Source of the DNA: Candidatus Bipolaricaulota bacterium
Lineage (GTDB): Bacteria > Bipolaricaulota > Bipolaricaulia > Bipolaricaulales > Bipolaricaulaceae
Length of the DNA: 48,693 nt
Direction of reading: 5' to 3'
Assembly: GCA_014361055.1 (NCBI GenBank)
Contig: JACIWI010000133.1
Location: 1 to 48,693 of the forward strand
Part shown: piece by piece, positions 34,396-43,290 of the stretch
Layout of the letters: every line of letters starts with the position of its first letter
Numbering within the stretch: the stretch's first letter is position 1
The notes under the pieces: generated by a model
Seen by the model: the letters and a program-made list of their open reading frames with translations, nothing else
Told to the model about the DNA's origin: nothing
Databases searched by the model: none
Program-made: the position numbers and the translations under genes

Positions 34396-35447
34396 CCGGT
34401 GACGAGGAAGTCGTCGCCCACGCGCTCGATCTCAAGGTCGCGAACGCGGATCGCCTGGGAGGGATCATCCACACCGTCGCCGCCCACGGAAGGGACGGCG
34501 TCCAGTCCGCCGAGTATCAAGGGGGCGTAGAAGAACGCGATCTTGTGAACAAGGTTCTGTGAGAGAAACGACCACGCCACCTCCGCTCCCCCCTCGACGA
34601 GGAGCGAGTCCGTCTCCTTCCCCAGCCGGCGCAGGAGCGCCTTCAGGTCGACCCGGTCCCCCTCTCCCGGCAGCCGCCACACCTCGACCCCTTTCGCGCG
34701 GAGCTGAGCTTCGATCTCAGATGGCATCCGGCCGGTGGTGGCGACGACGGTCTTCGCCTCTGGGGACAGGACCTTCGCCCCAAGGGGGATCCGCCCCTGA
34801 GAATCGAGCACGATCCTGAGCGGCTGCGGGCCTGGGACCTCGCGCACCGTGAGCTCCGGGTCGTCGGCGAGCACCGTCCCCACCCCGACCAGCACCGCTG
34901 CGTACCGCCGCCGCAGGGCGTGGACGAGCCGCCGCGCCTCGGGCCCGGTCAGCCACCGGGACCTGCCTGTGGCCGTGGCGATCTTCCCGTCCAGGGACAT
35001 CGCCAGCTTGAGGACCACGAATGGAGTTCGGTTACGAATCCAGTGGAAGAAGACCTCATTCAGGCGGCGGGCCTCGTCGGCGAGCACCCCCTCCACGACC
35101 TCGATCCCCGCCGCCCGCAACCGCGCGATCCCCTTTCCGTCCACAAGGGGGTTGGGGTCGCGAATGGCCACGATGACCCGGCGAATTCCGGAGGCGATGA
35201 CGGCCTCGGTGCAGGGCGGGGTCTTCTTCTCCCGATGAACACAGGGCTCCAGGTTCACGTAGAGGTCGGCCCCCCGGGCCCGGTCCCCGGCCTTCTCCAG
35301 GGCCACGGCCTCGGCGTGGGGGCCGCCGCACCGGGTGTGGTACCCCTCGGCGATCACCGCCCCGTCCCGCACTACCACCGCTCCCACGAGCGGGTTGGGC
35401 CGCGTGCAGCCCTCGCCCTGCCGCGCGAGCTCCAGGGCCCGCCTCAT
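34371..35447 (-). CDS. ribD: bifunctional riboflavin biosynthesis deaminase/reductase RibD
   Basis: Start at MRRALELARQ. CMP/dCMP deaminase motifs HAEAVAL and PCVHREKKTPPC, then a RibD C-terminal reductase domain. Confidence 0.85.
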   Translation of the reverse strand: MRRALELARQGEGCTRPNPLVGAVVVRDGAVIAEGYHTRCGGPHAEAVALEKAGDRARGADLYVNLEPCVHREKKTPPCTEAVIASGIRRVIVAIRDPNPLVDGKGIARLRAAGIEVVEGVLADEARRLNEVFFHWIRNRTPFVVLKLAMSLDGKIATATGRSRWLTGPEARRLVHALRRRYAAVLVGVGTVLADDPELTVREVPGPQPLRIVLDSQGRIPLGAKVLSPEAKTVVATTGRMPSEIEAQLRAKGVEVWRLPGEGDRVDLKALLRRLGKETDSLLVEGGAEVAWSFLSQNLVHKIAFFYAPLILGGLDAVPSVGGDGVDDPSQAIRVRDLEIERVGDDFLVTGYPTPCSD

Positions 35448-36100
35448 GAACCTCTCGTGTACCCCGCCGCCTTCCATAGGGCGAGCGCCGCCGCCCGGGG
35501 GTCGGGTTGAGCGAAGATCGCCGAACCGGCCACCACCAACTCCGCCCCCGCCTCCACCACCTGGCGCACGTTCTCCGGGCCGATCCCCCCGTCTACGGCG
35601 ATGACCACTGGCCGCCCCCGGAGTTCCCCCTGCAGGCGCCGGATGCGGTCCACCGCCTCAGGGTTAAACGCCTGCCCGCCGAACCCCGGCTCCACGCTCA
35701 TCACCAGCACCAGGTCCACTCGGTCGAGGTAGGGCAACACCGCCTCCATTGCCGTGCCCGGCCGGAGCGAGATCCCGACCTGGCAGCCGAGGCCCCGGAT
35801 CGTGCGGATCGCCTCCTCGGGTGGGTCGTGGGCCTCGACGTGGAACGTGATCACGTCCGCAGGACCCACCTTGAACTGCGGGGCATAGATGGCCGGGCGG
35901 TCGATCATGAGGTGGATGTCGAACGGAAGCCAGGTGTGCCGGCGCAGGGCGTTGGCCACCGTCGGCCCGAACGTGAGGTTGGGCACGAAGTGCCCGTCCA
36001 TCACGTCGAGATGGAGGTAGTCGACCACCCCCTCGACTCGCTTCACCTCCTCGGCGAGACGGCCGAAGTCGGCGGAGAGGAGGGACGGGGCCAGCTTCAT
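35444..36100 (-). CDS. rpe: ribulose-phosphate 3-epimerase
   Basis: MKLAPSLLSADFGRLAEEVKRVE...HLDVMDGHFVPNLTFGP...VMSVEPGFGGQAF. Confidence 0.9.
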   Translation of the reverse strand: MKLAPSLLSADFGRLAEEVKRVEGVVDYLHLDVMDGHFVPNLTFGPTVANALRRHTWLPFDIHLMIDRPAIYAPQFKVGPADVITFHVEAHDPPEEAIRTIRGLGCQVGISLRPGTAMEAVLPYLDRVDLVLVMSVEPGFGGQAFNPEAVDRIRRLQGELRGRPVVIAVDGGIGPENVRQVVEAGAELVVAGSAIFAQPDPRAAALALWKAAGYTRGS

Positions 36101-36774
36101 CGACGCCGGTTGGCGACCATAAGCATCGAGAGGAGCTGAAGGGCGGCCATCGCTGCGGCAGCGACGTAGGTGAGGGCAGCAGCGGTCAGGACCTCCTTCA
36201 CCGCGCCAAGCTCCTCCTGGGTCACGTACCCGCTCGTGCGCAGCGCCGCCACCGCCCGCCTAGAGGCGTTGAACTCCACGGGCAAGGTGATCAGGGTGAA
36301 CAGGACCGCCGCCGAGAACAGGATGATCCCGATGTTCACCAGAGGATCGGCGCGCAGAAAAAGGCCAATGAAGAACAACGGGAACGCGAGCTGGGAACCG
36401 AACATCGCCGCTGGGACCACCGCCGAGCGCAGGGCGAGGGGGGCGTACCGCTGGGCGTGCTGGATCGCGTGTCCGGCCTCGTGGGCGGCCACGCCCACCG
36501 CCGCTACCGACGCCGAGCCGGCGGCGGACAGGCGGAGGGTGCGGGAGCGCGGGTCGTAGTGGTCGCCGAGGGCGCGGCCCGTGCCCTCGATCTTGACCCC
36601 GCTCACCCCGGCCCGGGCCATGATCTCGTCCGCCACCTGGGCGGCGGTCACCCGACGCTGGGTCGGAACCTGGAGGTATTTGGCATACGTGCTCCGCACC
36701 TTGTACTGGGCGTAGATGGCGAGGATCAGGGCGGGGAAGAGGAGGATCAGCGTCTCCGGGTAGAAGAGCCACAT
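36097..36774 (-). CDS. membrane zinc metallopeptidase, YugP family
   Basis: HEAGHAIQH HExxH motif between TM segments, 225 aa. Confidence 0.8.
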   Translation of the reverse strand: MWLFYPETLILLFPALILAIYAQYKVRSTYAKYLQVPTQRRVTAAQVADEIMARAGVSGVKIEGTGRALGDHYDPRSRTLRLSAAGSASVAAVGVAAHEAGHAIQHAQRYAPLALRSAVVPAAMFGSQLAFPLFFIGLFLRADPLVNIGIILFSAAVLFTLITLPVEFNASRRAVAALRTSGYVTQEELGAVKEVLTAAALTYVAAAAMAALQLLSMLMVANRRR

Positions 36775-36815
36775 GGTCTCGCACCTCCTTGATCAAGCTC
36801 AGGCGTGAATTATAG

Positions 36816-37168
36816 CCGAGCTGGGGGAGAGGGCCATAGGCCGGATTCTGTCGAGGGGGACCATCCATCTATGCGGCCTACCCGGAGGCATCGGGCGGGC
36901 CACCCTCAAGCGCCTCCCTATTTGGCCTTGCTCCGGCCGGGGTTTGCCGTGCCCGGGAACCTCGCGGCCCCGGCGGTGGGCTCTTACCCCACCTTTTCAC
37001 CCTTGCCCGCACCCAGGCCAAGGGCCTGGGCCGCTGGCGGTCTGTTTTCTGTGGCACTTTCCAGGGATCACTCCCTCTCGGGTTTCCCCGAGCGGCCTGC
37101 CCTGCGGAGTCCGGACCTTCCTCAGGGGAAGAATCCCCTGCGGCCCCCTGGCCTTCTCCCCCGCCGCA
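36816..37168 (-). ncRNA. rnpB: RNase P RNA, bacterial type A
   Basis: The reverse complement matches conserved type-A blocks, with the E. coli M1 RNA sequence recalled from memory as the comparison. The blocks are AGGAAGGUCCGGACUCCGCAGGGCAGG (P4), GGUAAGAGCCCACC, CGGAGCAAGGCCAAAUAGGG, GGGUAGGCCGCAUAGAUGGAUG and CGACAGAAUCCGGCCUAU. P1 pairs GGGGGAGAAGGCC with GGCCCUCUCCCCC. Ends are approximate to about 5 nt. A TATAAT box lies at about 37197..37202. Confidence 0.85.
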
Positions 37169-37697
37169 GGCCGGTCCGCGTGTACCGGCAACGCGGACAC
37201 ACCCACATTATACCGGTGAACGATTCCACTCGACGAAGCGGCCGTCCACACCGCGGACAGAAGCGGCGCGCCAAAAGAAGGAAAAAAACAAGGGCACCGA
37301 CCCCATAAAGCACATAGCGCCAAGGAAATTTCCCGACCCTTTCCGGACGCGGGCTTTCCTCCAGCGCGGAAAGGAGGGCGGAAGCGAACCACACCGCGGC
37401 GTAACCGGGGCGAGAGCTGTTGGCCTTGCGCTCCGCCTCCTTCCGCAACTCCTCGGTACCCGGAATGAAAAGAGCTGGACCGGTATGAAAGGCCACCTGC
37501 CACCTTCGATCCTCCCCGCGCGCGAAGACCAAAAGGAAATGCCGCTCGCTCAACCCCCAAACCCGAAATATCTCCGCCGCATAGCGCCAGGGATCGGCGA
37601 AGGGATCCCGCCACGTGGCAAGATAAACGAACTGGATGCCTTTTTCCTGAAGATCGGCAATGAAGCTGAGGAGCTTGGCCCGATCCTCGGCCTCCAA
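37122..37697 (-). CDS. TPM-domain protein with C-terminal TM helix; 3' end uncertain
   Basis: LLSFIADLQEKGIQFVYLAT...FRVWGLSERHFLLVFARGEDRRWQVAFHTG fits the TPM (PF04536) pattern. A TM helix follows, then a CPRC-x16-CPRC tail. The last about 45 codons overlap the rnpB promoter and 5' end and may be read-through. Confidence 0.5.
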   Translation of the reverse strand: MEAEDRAKLLSFIADLQEKGIQFVYLATWRDPFADPWRYAAEIFRVWGLSERHFLLVFARGEDRRWQVAFHTGPALFIPGTEELRKEAERKANSSRPGYAAVWFASALLSALEESPRPERVGKFPWRYVLYGVGALVFFLLLARRFCPRCGRPLRRVESFTGIMWVCPRCRYTRTGLRRGRRPGGRRGFFP

Positions 37698-37750
37698 GGT
37701 TTGGCCGTAATCGTTGAGCGGGCCTACTTGCAGGGGAAGGAGGGGCTGGG

Positions 37751-38458
37751 CTAGCCCCAGCGCAGCACCAAGAAGCGCGAGCAGTGCTCGCAGGTCACCA
37801 CCTCCCGCCCCTCGCGGAGCTTAAGGAGCGTGGCCTCCGAGACCTTGAGATGGCAACCGCCACAGGCCTGGCCGTCCACATACACCACGGGATTGGCCAG
37901 CCGCTCGCTCAGCCTTTCGTAATGCTGCCGAAGGGAAAGGGGAAGCCGGGAAATCAGCTCATTCCTTTGGGCCTCCAGATCTTCTCGGCTCTTTCCCAAC
38001 TCCTCCCGCTTTCTTTGGAGCTCCGCGATCTCTTGCTCCAGCCGAGCTCGACGCTCGCGATACTCCGCCTCGTCCGCCACGAGCTTTTGCGCGTCCTCCT
38101 CCACGGCCTCCATGAGCCTTATCGCTTCCTCGCTGAGCTGGTCGAGTTTGGACCGCAGGACCTGTACCTGCTCCCGCAAGAACTCCATCTCCTTGTAGGG
38201 GATGATGTCGTGATCCAGTTTCCTTTGGTACTCCCGGATCTTCGCGTCCGTGGCGTCCACCTCGTTGGCCCGCTCTTGGGCCGTGAGGCGAAGTTTTTTG
38301 TGCTCCTCTTTGCGGCGGGCGAAATCCTGGTCGGTCCGGGCAATGCGAGCTCGCAGCCGCTCCTCCTCTCCGGCAATGTCGGCAAGGCGCCCCGCGAGCT
38401 TGTGCAAGTTTTCCTCCACCTCGGCCAAGGCCCGCAGAATCCCAAGGGCCTCGCTCAT
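37751..38458 (-). CDS. coiled-coil protein with C-terminal C4 zinc ribbon (COG1579 / zf-RING_7 family)
   Basis: Start at MSEALGILRALAEVEE. Long heptad-repeat region, then C-terminal CGGCHLKVS...CEHCSRFL. Confidence 0.7.
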   Translation of the reverse strand: MSEALGILRALAEVEENLHKLAGRLADIAGEEERLRARIARTDQDFARRKEEHKKLRLTAQERANEVDATDAKIREYQRKLDHDIIPYKEMEFLREQVQVLRSKLDQLSEEAIRLMEAVEEDAQKLVADEAEYRERRARLEQEIAELQRKREELGKSREDLEAQRNELISRLPLSLRQHYERLSERLANPVVYVDGQACGGCHLKVSEATLLKLREGREVVTCEHCSRFLVLRWG

Positions 38459-39516
38459 CCCTCCACCACCTCCAATTCCGGAAAGGCGCGGCGCAGAAGC
38501 TCCGCCACGTGCCAGACGAACGGACGCTCCGTCTCCGCGTGGCCAAAAAGGGCCACGGTCAAGCCCGCTTCCTCCGCCTCCTTCAGACGGTGGTAATTGG
38601 CCTCTCCGGTGATGTAAAGTTCGGCTTTTGGGGAAATCGCCTGAGGAACAAGGTCTCCACCGCTTCCCCCGCATACGGCCACCCGCCGCACCTTCCGTTC
38701 CCGCGGCCCCACCACGAGCTTTGGGCCGTGAACTCCTAGATGCTCCGCAAATCCGGAAAGAATTTCCTCCACGTCCTTCGGCTCAGAAAACTCACCGATT
38801 CGGCCAAGACCGTGCAAAGGAGAGCCTTGGGTCAAGGGATAAAGATCGTAGGCCACCTCTTCATAGGGGTGGGCGGAGAGCATGGCCCGCACCACCGCCT
38901 CCACCTTCTCCGCAGGAACAACCGTCTCCAACCGAATCTCCTCCACCTGCTCCTCTTTTCCCACCGTTCCCAGGAAGGGTCTCGCCCCTTCCTCGGGAAG
39001 AAACGTTCCTGTGCCTCTCAGGCGAAACGAGCAATGCCCGTACTTTCCGATCTTTCCAGCCCCGGCAGAGAAGATCGCTTGGGCCACGCGCTCCTCATAA
39101 CCTATGGGCACAAACACCACCAGTTTCAAAAGCCTTCCCCGGGGAAGAAGGGGTTTTGTTTCCTTGAGTCCCGCATAGCCCGCGAGGACCTCGCCCAACC
39201 CGCCGTGGGCTACATCATAAGGGGTGTGCAGGGAAAACAGGGTCGTGCCATGGGAAAGGAGGGCCGCGATCTTTCTTCCCAATGGGGTTTCCGTGTAAAT
39301 CTCGGAAATGGGACGGAAAAGAAGGGGATGATGGGTAAGAAGAAGGTCGATTTGGGAAAGGCAAGGAATATGGGAAAGCTCGAAATCCAAGGCCACGAGA
39401 ACCGTTCGGCATGGCCCCTCCAGGCTTCCCACCTCCAGGCCGCAGCGATCCCAATCCTCGGCAAGACTCAAGGGAAACCGCTCTTCCAGGAAGGCCACGA
39501 CCTCGGCGCGTTGCAT
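38455..39516 (-). CDS. Nif3-family dinuclear metal-centre protein (YqfO-like, with PII-like insert)
   Basis: 353 aa. N-terminus MQRAEVVAFLEERFPLSLAEDWDRCGLEVGS...TVLVALD, with conserved His/Glu metal ligands. Confidence 0.85.
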   Translation of the reverse strand: MQRAEVVAFLEERFPLSLAEDWDRCGLEVGSLEGPCRTVLVALDFELSHIPCLSQIDLLLTHHPLLFRPISEIYTETPLGRKIAALLSHGTTLFSLHTPYDVAHGGLGEVLAGYAGLKETKPLLPRGRLLKLVVFVPIGYEERVAQAIFSAGAGKIGKYGHCSFRLRGTGTFLPEEGARPFLGTVGKEEQVEEIRLETVVPAEKVEAVVRAMLSAHPYEEVAYDLYPLTQGSPLHGLGRIGEFSEPKDVEEILSGFAEHLGVHGPKLVVGPRERKVRRVAVCGGSGGDLVPQAISPKAELYITGEANYHRLKEAEEAGLTVALFGHAETERPFVWHVAELLRRAFPELEVVEG

Positions 39517-39573
39517 ACCATTTCAGTTTAGCGATTTCACCGAGGACCGCAATGGTGCGTATACTTCGAAAAA

Positions 39574-40455
39574 ATGGAGCCAATTGAGCTGATCGCAGGG
39601 GTATGGGTTTTCCCGGGTGCGGTGAATTTGGGGGTGATAGCGGCCGAGGGCCGGGCGGTTTTTATCGACGCCGGCCTGGACGATAGCGCAGCGCGGAAGC
39701 TCTGGCGCTGGGCGGAGGAAGCTGGCCTTAAACCCCATGCCGCCATCCTCACCCATGCTCATGCCGACCATTTCGGCGGCGCATATCTTTGGGAAAAGCG
39801 CGGCCTTCCCCTTTATGCCTCCGAGCCGGAGGGCGCGATGATGGAAAACCCAGAATTTGAGCCCATCTTCCTCTTCTCCGGAGCCTCCCCGCATCCAGAG
39901 CTTCTTTCCAAATTCACCCTGGCCAAGCCTTGCCGGATCAGCCAAACCCTTGCTCAAGGACCACTCGAGCTAGGTTCAATTTCTTTGGAGATCGTGGCCC
40001 TCCCCGGCCACGCACCCGCCCAGATCGGAGTCCGGGTCGGGCCGGTACTATTCTGTGCCGACGCTCTTTTTCCTCCGGAAATCCTTTCGAAACACCCGAT
40101 CCCCTTTTGCCATGATTTCTCCGGCGCTCTTTCGTCGCTGCGAAATGTGGAGGAGGCGGAGGTGGTGGTGCCGGGCCATGGTCCGATCCTGCGGAATGCA
40201 GAGGTGCGCGGAGCTTGCGGGGAATTCCGTGACCGCCTTGAGCAAATAAAGGACCTGGTCTTCCAGGAAACAACAAACCCAAAAAGCGCTGAAGAAATCC
40301 TGGCCAAAGTGGCCGCGGAGCTTGGGGCAAAGCTTCAGACCATCACGGAGTTTCTCTTGGCCAGGACCACGATCCTTGCGGCCCTCACGGCCCTGGTGCG
40401 GGAGGGCCTGGTGGAGGCCGTATTGGAGGGAAACCTCCTTTGGCGGAGGCGCTGA
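39574..40455 (+). CDS. MBL-fold metallo-hydrolase
   Basis: THAHADHFGG motif; 293 aa. Confidence 0.75.
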   Translation: MEPIELIAGVWVFPGAVNLGVIAAEGRAVFIDAGLDDSAARKLWRWAEEAGLKPHAAILTHAHADHFGGAYLWEKRGLPLYASEPEGAMMENPEFEPIFLFSGASPHPELLSKFTLAKPCRISQTLAQGPLELGSISLEIVALPGHAPAQIGVRVGPVLFCADALFPPEILSKHPIPFCHDFSGALSSLRNVEEAEVVVPGHGPILRNAEVRGACGEFRDRLEQIKDLVFQETTNPKSAEEILAKVAAELGAKLQTITEFLLARTTILAALTALVREGLVEAVLEGNLLWRRR

Positions 40456-41537
40456 TGGCCGTGCGCACAGGATACGCCGATCTTCCCCTCCATGGCGGCC
40501 GGGCTCCGCGCTGGCTTTTCGCCCGCATGGTGCGACTTTCCCGGGAAATCCTTCTTCTTTTGGCCGAGGAATTCGGAACCTTTGAGGTCTTGCGACGTCT
40601 CTCCGATCCCCATTGGTTTCAGGCCTTGGGCTGCCTTCTTGGCTTCGACTGGCACTCAAGCGGCCTCACCACCACGACCTGCGGGGCCCTAAAGGAGGCC
40701 TTAAAGGAGGTGGGCCCGGAGCTCGGGCTTTTCGCGGCCGGAGGAAAAGGCGCGGCCTCCCGCCAAACCCCCGATGAGATCACATCCTGGGCGGAGAAAT
40801 TGGGGATCGAGGCCGCGCCCTTGGTGTACGCCTCGCGGATGAGCGCCAAGGTGGACTCCGCCGCCCTCCAGGATGCCTTCCAGATCTACCACCACACGTT
40901 CTTCTTCGACCAAAACGGTAACTGGTGCGTGGTGCAGCAGGGAATGAAGGAAAGCGTGCATCTTGCCCGCCGCTACCACTGGTTCTCTGCGGGGCTCCAA
41001 AGCTTTGTGGTCGAGCCCCATTCAGGGGTGGTGGGAGAAAAGTCTTCTCTGGTGCTGAATTTGGTGGCCAAAGAAGCGGAGCCAGCGAGGACAGTGATTC
41101 CCGAGCTGGCCCAAAGGCCCCCGGATCATCTCGTGCGGGAACTTTCGCATCTGAAGAGCTTAAAACTTCCGGAGCGACACGCCCTTTTGCTTTCCGACAT
41201 CAATCCGCGGCGCCTGGAGAGCGTGTTTCTTCGCACCTATGAGGCCCAAGCCGAGAATTTCGAGGCTTTATTGGGTGTTCCCGGGTTGGGCGCTAAAGGT
41301 CTGCGGGCCTTGGCCCTCCTTTCCGAGCTCGTCTATGGGGCGCCCGCGTCCTTCCGCGACCCGGCCCGGTTCTCCTTTGCCCACGGCGGGAAGGACGGCA
41401 CACCCTATCCCGTGGATCGGGCCACCTACGACAAAACCATCGCTGTTTTGGAGCAGGCCATTCGGCGGGCCCGGCTGGGGGAGCGGGAGGAGCTCGCCGC
41501 TCTCCGGCGGCTTTCACTCCTCTTCCGCTCCCCTTAG
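40440..41537 (+). CDS. DUF763-domain protein
   Basis: N-terminus MAVRTGYADLPLHGGRAPRWLFARM matches the DUF763 consensus as I recall it; 365 aa. Confidence 0.55.
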   Translation: MAEALMAVRTGYADLPLHGGRAPRWLFARMVRLSREILLLLAEEFGTFEVLRRLSDPHWFQALGCLLGFDWHSSGLTTTTCGALKEALKEVGPELGLFAAGGKGAASRQTPDEITSWAEKLGIEAAPLVYASRMSAKVDSAALQDAFQIYHHTFFFDQNGNWCVVQQGMKESVHLARRYHWFSAGLQSFVVEPHSGVVGEKSSLVLNLVAKEAEPARTVIPELAQRPPDHLVRELSHLKSLKLPERHALLLSDINPRRLESVFLRTYEAQAENFEALLGVPGLGAKGLRALALLSELVYGAPASFRDPARFSFAHGGKDGTPYPVDRATYDKTIAVLEQAIRRARLGEREELAALRRLSLLFRSP

Positions 41538-41568
41538 GCCCGGCGGTGCTGGTGGGTTGGCGGCGGCC

Positions 41569-42405
41569 TCAAAGGAGGTGGGCCAGCTTTTTGGCCTCCT
41601 CAGCCATCGCTCCATTTCCCCCGGATCCCAAAAGGAGGGCGTCGTCCGCAACACCGATCTTCCGGAAAAGCCCAACCAGATCCTCCACCCGGAGCTTCCG
41701 CTTCTCCTCTCCCTCCAAATCCAGGACGATCCGGCCCTTGTGCATCATGACGAGACGGTTCCCCACGGAAAGGGCCTGATCCATGCGGTGGGTGACCATG
41801 AGGGTGGTAATCCCATGCTCGGCCACGAGTCTCTCGGTGATGGCCAGGACCTTCTCGGCATTGGCCGGGTCCAGGGCGGCGGTGTGCTCGTCCAAAAGGA
41901 GGAGCTTGGGCCTGGTCACGATGGCCATGAGAACAGTGAGGGCCTGTCGTTCCCCGCCGGAAAGGTAAGCCACCCTTTCGGAAAGCCTTTTTTCCAGACC
42001 CATTTCCAAGGCACCCACCGTTTCCGCAAGGAACCGCCGGCGCCGGGCGGTGAGGAGGAAGGAGAGGGAGCGCGGCCCCTTCTTCACGGCCAGGGCCAGG
42101 TTTTCCGCCACCGTCATGTGGGCGGCCGTCCCCTGAAGGGGATCCTGAAACACCCGGCCGATGAGGAAGGACCGGCGATGGGCGGGCCAATGAGTCACAT
42201 CCCGTCCGGCCAGTTTCACCCGCCCCCGATCGGGACGACAAGCGCCGGCAATGACATTTAGAAGTGTCGTCTTTCCCGCGCCGTTTGAGCCGATCACCGT
42301 GGCGAAATCCTGAGGAGCTAGGAAAAGGGTGACGTCCTGAAGGGCCACCACCCGCTCCGCGCCCAAGGGAAAGGTTTTGGTGACGTTAAGAACCTCCAAG
42401 ATCAT
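41569..42405 (-). CDS. ABC transporter ATP-binding protein (uncharacterised-substrate importer, COG1101-like)
   Basis: Walker A GSNGAGKTTLLN, signature LSGGERQAL, Walker B LLLLDEHTAALD. Confidence 0.85.
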   Translation of the reverse strand: MILEVLNVTKTFPLGAERVVALQDVTLFLAPQDFATVIGSNGAGKTTLLNVIAGACRPDRGRVKLAGRDVTHWPAHRRSFLIGRVFQDPLQGTAAHMTVAENLALAVKKGPRSLSFLLTARRRRFLAETVGALEMGLEKRLSERVAYLSGGERQALTVLMAIVTRPKLLLLDEHTAALDPANAEKVLAITERLVAEHGITTLMVTHRMDQALSVGNRLVMMHKGRIVLDLEGEEKRKLRVEDLVGLFRKIGVADDALLLGSGGNGAMAEEAKKLAHLL

Positions 42406-43286
42406 GAGGTCTCTCCTTTCAGGGCCGCCCGGATGGTGGGCGCGGCCAAAGCACCCAGGACCACCAGCGCCGTAAGAAGGCGCAGGTCCGAGGCGGTGAA
42501 ACCCAAAGCCGCGCCGTAGCGCAGGGCCAGGGAAATGGCCAGGCGATAAACACAGGAGCCAAAGATCGCGGCGAAAACAGCGAAGAACAAGGACCGCGGC
42601 CGAAGGAGAATCTCGCCCACGATGACCGAGGCCAGCCCGGCGATGATGGTGCCCACACCCATTCCCACGTCAGCAAAACCCGAATACTGCGCAGCCAAAG
42701 CCCCGGAAAACCCAACGAGACCGTTGGAAAGGGCCAGGCCAAGGATCAGGAGGTTATCGGGGTTCATGCCCAAGGAGCGCACGAGCTGGGGGTTTTGGCC
42801 CACGGCGCGCAGGGCTCCCCCGAGCTCGGTGTGGAGGAAAAGGAAGATGAGGAGGAACGCGGCCAGGCAGAAGATCCCCGCGGCCACGAAGTTTTCGTAA
42901 GCGCGGGGCACGCCCAAGGCCTGGGAAAGCTGGACGAGGGCGGAGGGTCTTCCGAGAAGGGAGAGGTTTGGGCGGCCCATGATCCGGATGTTCAAGGAGT
43001 AGAGCATGATCATGGTGAGGACGCCCGCGAGTAAGCCGGGGATGCGGAGGCGGGTGGCCAAAAGGCCGGTGAAGGCCCCGGCCAAGAGCCCGACCCCGCC
43101 CCCGGCCAGCGCCGCCAGGAACGGATTCGTTCCCTGCAGGATCAGGATCCCGGCCACCGCGGCCCCGAGGGGAAACGTTCCGTCCACAGAAAGATCGGGA
43201 AAGGAAAGGACCCGGAAGGAGAGATAGACCCCGAGGGCCATGAGGCCATAGATCAGACCCTGCTCGGCGGCGTGAAGGATCAGCAC
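42402..43286 (-). CDS. ABC transporter permease (COG4120-like)
   Basis: 294 aa polytopic membrane protein. Overlaps the ATPase start as ATGA. Confidence 0.8.
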   Translation of the reverse strand: MLILHAAEQGLIYGLMALGVYLSFRVLSFPDLSVDGTFPLGAAVAGILILQGTNPFLAALAGGGVGLLAGAFTGLLATRLRIPGLLAGVLTMIMLYSLNIRIMGRPNLSLLGRPSALVQLSQALGVPRAYENFVAAGIFCLAAFLLIFLFLHTELGGALRAVGQNPQLVRSLGMNPDNLLILGLALSNGLVGFSGALAAQYSGFADVGMGVGTIIAGLASVIVGEILLRPRSLFFAVFAAIFGSCVYRLAISLALRYGAALGFTASDLRLLTALVVLGALAAPTIRAALKGETS

Positions 43287-43290
43287 CGGC

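Noticed and set aside
36805-37614. ORFs 36805..37308 (+) and 36997..37614 (-) overlapping rnpB
   Set aside because: The region matches RNase P RNA conserved blocks. The ORFs are by-products of structured, GC-rich RNA sequence.
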